DNA of 64,000 nucleotides from a virus (Duplodnaviria; Caudoviricetes): IMG/VR virus record IMGVR_UViG_3300042288_001626; one strand, 5' to 3'. Shown piece by piece: positions 28,097 to 36,291 of this stretch (position 1 is its first letter; each line of letters starts with the position of its first letter). The notes under the pieces were generated by a model. It saw only the letters and a program-made list of their open reading frames with translations, ran no database searches and was not told where the DNA came from. The position numbers and the translations under genes were made by a program.

Positions 28097-28712
28097 GCGA
28101 TGATATGGGTGTAACTATGAAGTTATTTTTCTTTACTTGCTTGTTAATCTCGGTGTCTTTTACGTTAAAAAACCCGAGCATGTCTGACATCATTGCACAG
28201 CGCAACGAAGTCCCGGTCCTGTTGGCCCGGCTACGGTAATATTGCACCTCAGAAGGATGCATATTTTTTTCAATCCAAGAAGCAGCTATCTGAAGAGGGT
28301 GTTCTTCAGCAATAGGCTGTACTGCTGGATGGACTGTTGTTATATCAGTAGAAGCCGATATTGGTCTTCTTGTTACAGTAACTGGTTCCTTTAAGCTCTC
28401 GTGAGACTTTATAACGGCAGCTAGCGTTGTCTTATTCTTTGACCCTTTCGGTCTGCCTCTTTTTTTAGCCTCTGCAACAGGTTGTGCAGCGGCTAGCTCT
28501 GGTTGCACATAAACCTTATTCTTTGACCCTTTCGGTCTGCCTCTTTTTTTAGCTATAGGAGCAGGCTCAGGGGATACTGGAGCTGTATCGGTTTTGGGTT
28601 TGTTTTTAGATCCTTTTGGGCGTCCTCTTTTCTTAACAGGGATACAAGCAGAACTACTCGACGTTGTCTGGGTCTTCTTCTTGTAGCTCCCTTTTCCTAA
28701 TTTTTCTCTCAT
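28080..28712 (-). CDS. AT-hook repeat DNA-binding protein
   Basis: Three KKRGRPKGSKNK repeats followed by a small globular C-terminal domain. Confidence 0.8.
   Translation of the reverse strand: MREKLGKGSYKKKTQTTSSSSACIPVKKRGRPKGSKNKPKTDTAPVSPEPAPIAKKRGRPKGSKNKVYVQPELAAAQPVAEAKKRGRPKGSKNKTTLAAVIKSHESLKEPVTVTRRPISASTDITTVHPAVQPIAEEHPLQIAASWIEKNMHPSEVQYYRSRANRTGTSLRCAMMSDMLGFFNVKDTEINKQVKKNNFIVTPISSHGLHD
28431..28553. repeat. Exact 39-bp direct repeat (28431-28469 and 28515-28553) encoding two AT-hooks
   Basis: cttattctttgaccctttcggtctgcctctttttttagc occurs twice. Confidence 0.95.
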
Positions 28713-28821
28713 GAGATTTTGCTACGTCGGTATAGTACTTATTTTCAAGTTTTACTCTCTCAATACGTTTATACTGATTGCGTCTATCTCTGGTCTGATA
28801 TTTTCTTATGGTTCTACTCAT
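28654..28821 (-). CDS. 55-aa highly basic ORF (not in the track), overlapping the AT-hook gene start
   Basis: MSRTIRKYQTRDRRNQYKRIERVKLENKYYTDVAKSHERKIRKRELQEEDPDNVE* begins just downstream of a promoter. Confidence 0.5.
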   Translation of the reverse strand: MSRTIRKYQTRDRRNQYKRIERVKLENKYYTDVAKSHERKIRKRELQEEDPDNVE

Positions 28822-28831
28822 AATACCTTCA

Positions 28832-28860
28832 AGTATAGCATACTCGTTAGTATTTGTAGA
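28832..28860 (-). promoter_or_regulatory. Extended -10 sigma70-type promoter of the AT-hook/AAA+ operon
   Basis: TCTACA-N17-TATACT with TG at -15/-14. Confidence 0.6.
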
Positions 28861-29002
28861 CCCTATAATATTTTTTATTCTTGCCAGAGGATTTTTTTCC
28901 TATGATACTGGTGAATATAGACAGTGAAGCGTCCACGAACCTGAACAGGTCGGAGACTTGGCTGGTTGATTTTTTTCTTTCTTTTGCTTTTTTACTGCTG
29001 TT

Positions 29003-30721
29003 ATGACCCATGATGAAATTAAACATACTGTAGAATTGCTGATGCATAGGAACAACGCAAAGTCACTGTTCCTAGGGCGTCAGCTTGCCTTCTCGGTACT
29101 TCCTCCCTCCTACTTTATCGAAAATTATCTTTACGACAACGAAGGTAGATTGCAGTCATTGGAAGCTTTCCCGATGCTGAAGCAGATATATGACAATGTG
29201 CCTCAGAAAATGATCTTGAAGTGTAGTCGTAAAACTCTAAAGTCTACTTTATTGTCTAATTTTATATGTCTAAATTTGATAAGGTTTAATTATTATAAGA
29301 TGATGTATGTCGGACCTCAGGAGCTGACAACTAAGTATTTTTCTAGTAATTATATTCCTCCGAGGTTTGAAAGCCCTAAAGTTAAAAATCTTTTATTAAA
29401 AGGATGGTTTAAGAATGATGTATTTGAAAAAATATTAGATGATACACATAGTAGTGTGTTGTTTAGATATTGTAGCGATGATGCCACCAGAACTCGTGGC
29501 CCGGCTATTGATTGTGTCGTGTATGATGAAGTACAAGATATACAGCACGACCAGATACCTATTATTCAAGAAACTATGGCAATGTCTCCATACAAACGGG
29601 AGATATTTGCAGGTACTCCGCTAGACTCAACCAATACAATTCATAAAATCTGGAAAACCAGCAATCAGCTGGAATGGATGATGAAGTGCGAATACTGCAC
29701 ACATTGGAACTCACTCACCGAAGGGAACGACCCCCTGAAAATGATTCAGCCTCACGGGTTTAGTTGCAGCAAATGCTGTAAACAGTTAAACTCCAGGAAT
29801 GGGGAATGGGTTGCTACAAATCCCGTAAAAGCTTTGCTTACAGGCTATCATCTAGCGCAGCCTATATTGCCTCATTTTAACGAAGACCCTAAAGAGTGGA
29901 AAGAAATATACGAAAAAGTGCATAGCGGCAAGAACGAGGTTCGAGTTGTTATGAATGAAACTTTCGGATTATCATACGACATAGGAAGTAAACCTATAAC
30001 TCAGGAAGAACTCATACGTCTATGTACACTAGGCCCACAATCAGGGTCGGTAGACGAACACAGAGACCTTCCGATATTAGCTACCAGCCAACACAGATAC
30101 ATCAAATACACAATGGGGGTAGATTGGGGTGTAAGCATGGCACAGTCTAGAACAGTGGCTACCTTGATTGGTGTGCGTAATGATGGTGTATTGGAAGTGA
30201 TCATGGCTAAAATATTCAGAGGGCATGATCATGAGGCGCATATACGACAGATAGCAGATATAGCCAATATGGTTGGAGCTTTCTGTGTGAGTGACAGTGG
30301 GCCTGATCCAATTCGTGGAATCAAACTATGCGAGCTTACCAGTCCTCAAAGGTCTCAGTTGGCTGCATATAGAAGAACTAAAATGATTCAACATTTTGAG
30401 CCTGGAGTATATGATTGGAGACAAAACCGTTGGGTTCTTCATAGGTCTGACGTAATATCGCTAGTTATGAGGCAGCTAAAAGCAGGAAACATCCTATTCC
30501 CTCAATGGACTGATGTGAACGAGTACATGCAGGACATACTAAACATATTCATTGAGGTAAAAGACGGACTGTTTGGTCAGGAACTGATTTACGACCACCA
30601 CCCAAAACAGCCAGACGACGCCATGCACAGTCTTGTGTTTGCTGCTTGTGCCGCCTACATGGCTGTAGGCGACGCCGGGTTGCTGGGACCTAGCTCAACA
30701 GCAGGTGAAGACATGAGCTAA
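29003..30721 (+). CDS. terL: Terminase large subunit (GpA-like ATPase plus RNase H-like nuclease)
   Basis: KCSRKTLKST, TRGPAID...YDEVQD, AGTP, CEYC/CSKC, GVDWG, PDDAMHS. Confidence 0.85.
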   Translation: MTHDEIKHTVELLMHRNNAKSLFLGRQLAFSVLPPSYFIENYLYDNEGRLQSLEAFPMLKQIYDNVPQKMILKCSRKTLKSTLLSNFICLNLIRFNYYKMMYVGPQELTTKYFSSNYIPPRFESPKVKNLLLKGWFKNDVFEKILDDTHSSVLFRYCSDDATRTRGPAIDCVVYDEVQDIQHDQIPIIQETMAMSPYKREIFAGTPLDSTNTIHKIWKTSNQLEWMMKCEYCTHWNSLTEGNDPLKMIQPHGFSCSKCCKQLNSRNGEWVATNPVKALLTGYHLAQPILPHFNEDPKEWKEIYEKVHSGKNEVRVVMNETFGLSYDIGSKPITQEELIRLCTLGPQSGSVDEHRDLPILATSQHRYIKYTMGVDWGVSMAQSRTVATLIGVRNDGVLEVIMAKIFRGHDHEAHIRQIADIANMVGAFCVSDSGPDPIRGIKLCELTSPQRSQLAAYRRTKMIQHFEPGVYDWRQNRWVLHRSDVISLVMRQLKAGNILFPQWTDVNEYMQDILNIFIEVKDGLFGQELIYDHHPKQPDDAMHSLVFAACAAYMAVGDAGLLGPSSTAGEDMS

Positions 30722-31857
30722 AAGAAACCCACTCTGCGTACCTCTTCTTTTTCATATCTGGTGTTCGCTCCCATATTATATATATCAGCCAAAGTCATAC
30801 CCTCTTCAATAACTGAGTGGTCTAACCCCAGATGCTTTGCTAGCTTCACACTCTGAGCACGATCTAGCTCCTTGAACTCGTGACATAGCTTTAATCTTCC
30901 TTTACGCAGTAATGCCTCATCAATCTTATCTTTCGATGTATTGAATGTTGCTATAACACTGATATTTAGAGCATGTCCTAAAAATCCGTCAGTCAGATTT
31001 AAAATAGTAGAAACCAAATCTGAGTTATCTACTGACTCACGACTTAATAGAGCTTTCTCTGCATCCTCAATAACAAGAACAATATCTTTGTTTCCCATGA
31101 GGAGAGGCATCATATCTGGAGAAACAAGCTTGCCTATCAAGCCTACAGGAATATAAGCAAGTTTCCTTTTAATAACTCCAGAGCAAAGGTATTTGATATA
31201 GGACGATTTACCTGTTCCTGGCGCTCCATGAAAAAGATACAGTCCTGATTTGGTGGTATTCAAGCTATTGACAAGCTCTTCGCTGATACCTACGAAAGTA
31301 TCTCCGTAGTTTAGAGCAATATCGGTGCTCATATCCTCTGTAGGTATCGAAGTAAACTCAAGGTCACCATAAGAGCTAGATAAAATGAATATCTTGCTCT
31401 TTTGTTGAATTTTATGGGAATCAAATAGCGTTGCAAGCTCTGAGGCTTGATTGTTGTCAACACAGACTGCTTTGATACCTACATACACATCGCTCGAGGA
31501 GTCGTGATAGCCTGGAGAGAAAAGACGAACTTCGCTAAACGGATATATTGTTTCTCCGTCTCCTCTTCTGAAATAGACCGACAATAGAGCTCCTTCGAAC
31601 TTGGTGCCAGCCTTTCCAGCCCATATACCTTCCTCAAACAGTTGTTCTCCGACCTTTGTAAAAGAAGAACTGAAGGAATCGAAGTACTTACCAACATCCT
31701 CTAGAGAGGACATGGTGAAGTCTTCAGAGAAATTCAATGTAGTAGGTATGTAGCCATACATTACATTGAATAGGTACAGCAGATTAATTCCTTGATTGGC
31801 TGCGGTAGGAGCAAAGAATGATCGTCCTATCGTAGATTCGCAGTTTAACGGATGCAT
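30718..31857 (-). CDS. AAA+ ATPase (BCS1-like single domain)
   Basis: GAPGTGKSS, LVIEDAE, LNLTDG, ALLRKGRL. Confidence 0.85.
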   Translation of the reverse strand: MHPLNCESTIGRSFFAPTAANQGINLLYLFNVMYGYIPTTLNFSEDFTMSSLEDVGKYFDSFSSSFTKVGEQLFEEGIWAGKAGTKFEGALLSVYFRRGDGETIYPFSEVRLFSPGYHDSSSDVYVGIKAVCVDNNQASELATLFDSHKIQQKSKIFILSSSYGDLEFTSIPTEDMSTDIALNYGDTFVGISEELVNSLNTTKSGLYLFHGAPGTGKSSYIKYLCSGVIKRKLAYIPVGLIGKLVSPDMMPLLMGNKDIVLVIEDAEKALLSRESVDNSDLVSTILNLTDGFLGHALNISVIATFNTSKDKIDEALLRKGRLKLCHEFKELDRAQSVKLAKHLGLDHSVIEEGMTLADIYNMGANTRYEKEEVRRVGFF

Positions 31858-32402
31858 GCGTTTACGTACCTCTCGGTTATTTTAATTTTCTCGTCAAATA
31901 TTTCCTGCAAAGCTTCGTTCTTTTCAGTATCATCACCCTCTCTTTCACTCATAATAGCTCGAGGGAAAAGATTCGGAGGCTTGTGTAGTCCATAGGCATG
32001 AAAGATAGCTCCTGCATATACCCTGACTTCTGGAGAAAAGTCTAGTTCCTCTCCTCGTATCAAATAGGCTTCTGTGAGTCCGCAAATCAGTTCTTCTGCC
32101 TCGAGAGGGTTTATTTCATCGAGGTAGTCTAGCTGGTTATTGAAAAGGTAATTGATAGTCTCGAAAACATAGATACTGTTCTCGTACTGATCTGTAGTAA
32201 GTAGCGTTATACCTCCTTGAATTTTGTCTGACTGCAGGTCAGATAGCTCTACCCCATAATCTTGCTTAATTTCAAGCTTCAGAACTTCAGGAGCCCACTC
32301 ATAAGACTCTGCTCCATAAACCTCTGTCACAAGATAGATCAAAGCGGTTACAGGAGCTTTTTCATCTTCAAATATTTCTTTTATTGTTTTTTTATTACTC
32401 AT
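31845..32402 (-). CDS. Hypothetical protein, possibly virion/head-associated
   Basis: 185-aa acidic ORF next to head-like genes. Confidence 0.65.
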   Translation of the reverse strand: MSNKKTIKEIFEDEKAPVTALIYLVTEVYGAESYEWAPEVLKLEIKQDYGVELSDLQSDKIQGGITLLTTDQYENSIYVFETINYLFNNQLDYLDEINPLEAEELICGLTEAYLIRGEELDFSPEVRVYAGAIFHAYGLHKPPNLFPRAIMSEREGDDTEKNEALQEIFDEKIKITERYVNACIR

Positions 32403-32404
32403 GA

Positions 32405-32503
32405 TTACTTTATGAACAGACTGACCAAAATGATGCCGACAAGTAAACCGACAAGCAAGTCGTCTAGATCAAATCTAGGGTCGTCTGGAGGATGATAGCA
32501 CAT
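32405..32503 (-). CDS. 32-aa transmembrane peptide (not in the track)
   Basis: MCYHPPDDPRFDLDDLLVGLLVGIILVSLFIK*. Confidence 0.45.
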   Translation of the reverse strand: MCYHPPDDPRFDLDDLLVGLLVGIILVSLFIK

Positions 32504-32591
32504 AACTTAAAGTATTTAATAATATTGCCATACACCTTAGCAAACTTTAACAGAGCAGTACAGTTAAATGTTGGTAGGCAGGAGAGGTGGT

Positions 32592-32623
32592 AAAATAAAA
32601 AACCCGGAGGGTTAGTCCGGGTT
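32592..32623 (-). terminator. Rho-independent terminator
   Basis: AACCCGGA-loop-TCCGGGTT followed by TTTTATTTT. Confidence 0.8.
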
Positions 32624-32639
32624 AGTTAGCTCTGTTTGG

Positions 32640-33257
32640 TTAGGTATCGTAACCTTTACCTAATCGCTCTAACAATCTCTTGTGCGTAGAATCAGGGTTC
32701 AAAGCGCTAAAGTTGCTTGAGTTCGGTTGCCCTACCAGACCTCCGAGAGGACCGCCTTTCATTCGACTATCTATTTCGCGCATAACAGGTTGAGCGGCGC
32801 GCTCTAACCGAGCCAGCTCTTCCTCAGAGGCTCCAGATTGCATTGCCTGAATAAACTGCTGCATAGTTTCTTTTCCTTCCTGAGATGGTGCGTAGCGATT
32901 GATTGTATCTCCAAGGAACTCTGAGCTGTTTTCTGGAGGAGAAAATCTTGGGATATGTCCGGACATGTGTTCGTCTAGCTTACGGTAACCTGTGCCTTTA
33001 AGTTCGCCGTAAAGTCTTTCCATCTCTGCACGACCTTCAGGGCTTCTAAGCTTTTTAACTCCTGCAGCTGCTGAATTCCTCCAATTTGCTAAATGCTCGG
33101 CAATTTCCGGAGCTTGTTTAAGCCCAGAATTTCTCAAGGCAGCCAACTCATGCATGGCTCCTCCACTCTTTAGAAGGAAAGCTGCTTCCTGGCTATTAAA
33201 CCCGTACTCATTTGCTCTTTTTATAAAGCCTTCTACGTATGCTTGTTCTACACTCAT
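32640..33257 (-). CDS. Putative head-internal protein with an N-terminal GFIKRAxEYG motif
   Basis: N-terminus YVEGFIKRANEYG matches FEAGFIKCAEEYG of ORF 63340-63591. Confidence 0.55.
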   Translation of the reverse strand: MSVEQAYVEGFIKRANEYGFNSQEAAFLLKSGGAMHELAALRNSGLKQAPEIAEHLANWRNSAAAGVKKLRSPEGRAEMERLYGELKGTGYRKLDEHMSGHIPRFSPPENSSEFLGDTINRYAPSQEGKETMQQFIQAMQSGASEEELARLERAAQPVMREIDSRMKGGPLGGLVGQPNSSNFSALNPDSTHKRLLERLGKGYDT

Positions 33258-33271
33258 AATTTATTTTGTTG

Positions 33272-34324
33272 TTAGATTGGGCGCAGTCCTGTTAACTCTT
33301 CGAGAAGTTTTACATCACTGCGAGGCATTGTGGGCAAGATTTCTGCAATCTTTTCAGGGTCTGCAGGATCGATACCACTATCTCCGAATGCTTCCTCATA
33401 GCGTTCCTTACTGATCTTGACGAGATCATCTAGTTTATATTTGTCTCCATGCACTTCGACATAACTCAGATCACTAGCGATTTTAACTATCTGCTCTGTA
33501 AATATACAGTCTACAGGATCACCTAAAAGTTGCGCTACTTTAGTCTTATCGTAAAGACCCTCCATACTTTCAATATTGTAGCAAGTCTCGGCAATCTTCA
33601 TGACCTCTTCGACACTGGTCATGTTATGCAAGTCTTCAGCGATCTTGTTGTAAATCTCCTTGTGCTCATCGCTAGCTAGCTTCGTGCTCCTTCTCCAGAG
33701 CTCAGATTGAAGACTAGAAAGGTCTGGATAAAACAGTCCTGCATACTTTGCCAGCAGATCAGGAAGCTCGTCCACACCTAGCTCTTGTGCAGCTTTTAAG
33801 AAATTTCCAGCGGTCGATACACGCACCTCAAAAGGGAAATTTGAAATATTTTTAGTGAAGTGCTCGGCCGCTTCAGAGAGATCAGAGGCAGTCTTAACAG
33901 GATACAACTCAAAAGAACTGTCCGGAGCTGGCGACCAGTTGAGCATATAGCGCTGCGCATAGTCAGAGGCCTGTTTTTCGTTAAAGCTCGAACCATACTC
34001 CTCCAAGTCTTCTGAGATACCAAAAATATCTGCAGCTTGCTTAATAGCGCTTTCTAACTGCGAAGCGTACTCTTTACCGTACAGCTTAGCGATGGCTGCC
34101 TGCTTGTTTATGAAATGAGCGTTGCTAACATACACCCTGGCTGGGGTGTTGATAGGATATATCCCTCTGTTAGGATCAGCAAAAGCAGTCTTCGGCAGGT
34201 CACGTAACTCATGCAAATCTTCGACTTCGGCAGTCTTAACATATTCTGGAATATTGACTCCTGACAACATGTTAAATATTTCTTTGCCTGAGTAATCTGT
34301 TTGTTGATCAAATGCTATTTTCAT
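33272..34324 (-). CDS. Putative prohead scaffold/core protein rich in K-x-A motifs
   Basis: Acidic and helical; 15 of 26 Lys are in K-x-A by hand count; lies near the terminase. Confidence 0.55.
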   Translation of the reverse strand: MKIAFDQQTDYSGKEIFNMLSGVNIPEYVKTAEVEDLHELRDLPKTAFADPNRGIYPINTPARVYVSNAHFINKQAAIAKLYGKEYASQLESAIKQAADIFGISEDLEEYGSSFNEKQASDYAQRYMLNWSPAPDSSFELYPVKTASDLSEAAEHFTKNISNFPFEVRVSTAGNFLKAAQELGVDELPDLLAKYAGLFYPDLSSLQSELWRRSTKLASDEHKEIYNKIAEDLHNMTSVEEVMKIAETCYNIESMEGLYDKTKVAQLLGDPVDCIFTEQIVKIASDLSYVEVHGDKYKLDDLVKISKERYEEAFGDSGIDPADPEKIAEILPTMPRSDVKLLEELTGLRPI

Positions 34325-34330
34325 GATTTC

Positions 34331-34358
34331 ATTATACTATGTTACTAAATTCTTTCAA
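34331..34358 (-). promoter_or_regulatory. Sigma70-type promoter predicted to give a leaderless mRNA
   Basis: TTGAAA-N16-TATAAT-N6-ATG(34324). Confidence 0.55.
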
Positions 34359-35613
34359 TTCTAAAATAAATTTACCTAGCGTAGTCTCTAAACTCGGAGC
34401 GAACACGTCAGATTTTGAGTTTGTCCGAATTCCATTGTTTGGCTGGTATGCGAGAGCAAAGGCTAGTGATTTCGTTGGTAATATTTTTGATTTTTTCCCA
34501 ATTAAAGATTGGAACAAGCTTTACAGTATTGTCTGCAGAGACTTCACCGACTGTTTTGATTTCAATTTACCATATTCTGAGTATGCTGAAAAGACTCTTT
34601 TCAGAGACCAGGCAAAAATAATGCAGTTTCAATCTGCCTGGATAATGAGCTTGCAGGAGGCGGTATCTGCGAGAGCCCGGCATAACGACAAGATTATGTA
34701 CTTCAAAGACATCTTGGAAGACCTAGGCATGCCTACTTTGATAGGTAACAGAATAGGGTACTTGAACGAGCGAGTGCTTAAAGCTTTTCCTAACCTAAAA
34801 CTAGACAGCAAGTACAAATACAAAAAGACGCTGTTTATACCAACATTCGCCTCTCCAAAGCATATATGTTCTCTTGAAGTGGCAAGGCTGTCGGATATTC
34901 ACGAAAGAGAGACAGTATTCATAAATGGAGAGTTTGGCTGGTACGGCAAGCAAGGAACACAAATAGTCAGGGATTTCAACGAGCTTAAAGGCAAAATAGG
35001 CAATACGTGGAATTATAAGAATGACTACTGGAATACAACACCCGTACAGCTATCTGATCTCCTGGGCACTGAACAGTTGATAAAAATATGGAGTGAAGCC
35101 AAACACTCTAATTTTATCCAAAATCTAACAGATCTAATGATAGGCAAGCAAGGTAACGATGAGTTGAAGAACCACGTACCTATGCTGAATTATACGCAAG
35201 TCCAAGAGCTAGAAAAAAAGAGTGGTCAAAAACTTGTTGATTTCTGGATGAAGAGTCGAGAACAGCAGTTCACTGTACAGAATAAAACGTACGTAAAAAG
35301 AGATAAAGCGTACTTCCTTATCAAAAAGAACGAGGAAGAGCAGCTGTCTAACTTTACAATGGATATACAGCAGATACGTAAAAAAAATGAAGATGACTTT
35401 ATATGGTGTGGAATGGTCTACTTTGAAGAGCACGCTGTCCCTTTTGAGCTTGAAGATAAATACTTCACATCTTGTTTTTTGTTTGTAAAAGGAATCCGTA
35501 AAATGTTTTTGAATCTAGGTATAGGCATTCCTTTCATAAACGAGAAATATGTGAAACAGTTGCTGACCATGATTCAACTGACATGCCATAACGTCAAGAT
35601 AGTGGCAGAATAA
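34339..35613 (+). CDS. Hypothetical protein, 424 aa, possibly a degenerate primase-like/DNA-processing fold
   Basis: Long + strand ORF with no competing - strand gene; GNIFDF / IGYL / LFIP segments weakly recall DnaG. Confidence 0.75.
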   Translation: MLLNSFNSKINLPSVVSKLGANTSDFEFVRIPLFGWYARAKASDFVGNIFDFFPIKDWNKLYSIVCRDFTDCFDFNLPYSEYAEKTLFRDQAKIMQFQSAWIMSLQEAVSARARHNDKIMYFKDILEDLGMPTLIGNRIGYLNERVLKAFPNLKLDSKYKYKKTLFIPTFASPKHICSLEVARLSDIHERETVFINGEFGWYGKQGTQIVRDFNELKGKIGNTWNYKNDYWNTTPVQLSDLLGTEQLIKIWSEAKHSNFIQNLTDLMIGKQGNDELKNHVPMLNYTQVQELEKKSGQKLVDFWMKSREQQFTVQNKTYVKRDKAYFLIKKNEEEQLSNFTMDIQQIRKKNEDDFIWCGMVYFEEHAVPFELEDKYFTSCFLFVKGIRKMFLNLGIGIPFINEKYVKQLLTMIQLTCHNVKIVAE

Positions 35614-35622
35614 CTGACAGGT

Positions 35623-35666
35623 AAAAAAGACTCTCCCTACCTCACACCCCTTGTGAGATAGGGAGA
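35623..35666 (-). terminator. Terminator downstream of the tmRNA
   Basis: TCTCCCTATCTCAC-loop-GTGAGGTAGGGAGA followed by GTCTTTTTT. Confidence 0.8.
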
Positions 35667-35685
35667 TTGTTACCCACCCAGAAAA

Positions 35686-36105
35686 TGGTGGACTCGAGGG
35701 GAGTTGAACCCCTGTCCTGAACGTCTTCACTACAGATTTCTACACGTTTAGCTTTGTTTTTTAGTTTAAATAGACGTCGCCAACAAGCAGGCTACGTTTT
35801 CTCGATAATCCATTTGTCTCGTTATGTGAAAGCAGGATTAAGTCTTTCACAAACCAGTCCGCTGCGTGTTACCCTGAAGCTTAGCAGACAGTCAGCTTCA
35901 GGCACTCCCTAGGCAGCGAGGAGAGCGTCAGCGTCTGCGTACCCGAAGGCAGCGAGAATCGCGTCAGCTTCTTCAACCGAAGGAGCGAAGTCAACAATGT
36001 TAGTGTTGGCGTTTGCTTTTTGTCCAGATGTTTTTACGAGGCCAACCAGACTTCCTCGACGTGCGGTCCGTAATTCCAACTCTCAGTCGAAACCAGTACG
36101 AGCCC
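35686..36105 (-). ncRNA. ssrA: tmRNA (one-piece, 420 nt); tag ORF 36010-35909
   Basis: 5' GGGCUCG pairs with 3' CGAGUCC-ACCA including G3.U70; GGUUUCGAC D-loop; GGGGUUCAACUCCCC T-arm; PK1 CGAGG/CCUCG; tag ANTNIVDFAPSVEEADAILAAFGYADADALLAA*. Confidence 0.97.
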
Positions 36106-36147
36106 ATATAGAAAGGTTACTACACCAACAGGTAAAAAAGCAAGTAA

Positions 36148-36187
36148 TAGAAAACCCCACACACAATTTTTAGCTGTGTGTGGGGTT
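36148..36187 (-). terminator. Terminator between the sRNA and the tmRNA promoter
   Basis: 13-bp stem AACCCCACACACA/TGTGTGTGGGGTT followed by TTCTATT. Confidence 0.8.
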
Positions 36188-36286
36188 GGGGACGTAATGG
36201 TTAGATTACGTTACCTTTCCACCACTTGCATTTTATTTTACGAGAATGCAAGAACTCGTCGCTGTTTAGGCTAAGTAATCCTAATC
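36148..36286 (-). ncRNA. Candidate ~140-nt structured small RNA with an H-type pseudoknot
   Basis: Bounded by a consensus promoter and a terminator; no ORF longer than 6 codons seen; hairpins TTAGG/CCTAA and ACGTAAT/ATTACGT; pseudoknot at 36225-36259. Confidence 0.65.
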
Positions 36287-36291
36287 AATGT

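Noticed and set aside
28431-28553. 39-bp repeat as a possible CRISPR array
   Set aside because: Only two copies, in frame within the AT-hook coding sequence; no cas genes or spacer series
28847-29047. 66-aa minus-strand ORF
   Set aside because: Overlaps the terminase start and the operon promoter, with low-complexity Lys/Ser content; cannot be supported as a gene
4274-30721. Introns or inteins in the polymerase, helicase or terminase
   Set aside because: Frames are continuous with expected lengths; no intein C-terminal HN-C/S/T junction or homing-endonuclease motif noticed
35686-35720. tmRNA 3' end as a prophage attachment site
   Set aside because: No integrase, no duplicated 3' fragment and no host-like genes on either side
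35686-35725. tRNA-like T-arm and CCA end
   Set aside because: Part of the tmRNA; there is no anticodon arm, so it is not a separate tRNA
35515-35730. 71-aa minus-strand ORF MKTFRTGVQLPSSPP...
   Set aside because: It is the translated tmRNA T-arm/acceptor end plus terminator, a common spurious ORF
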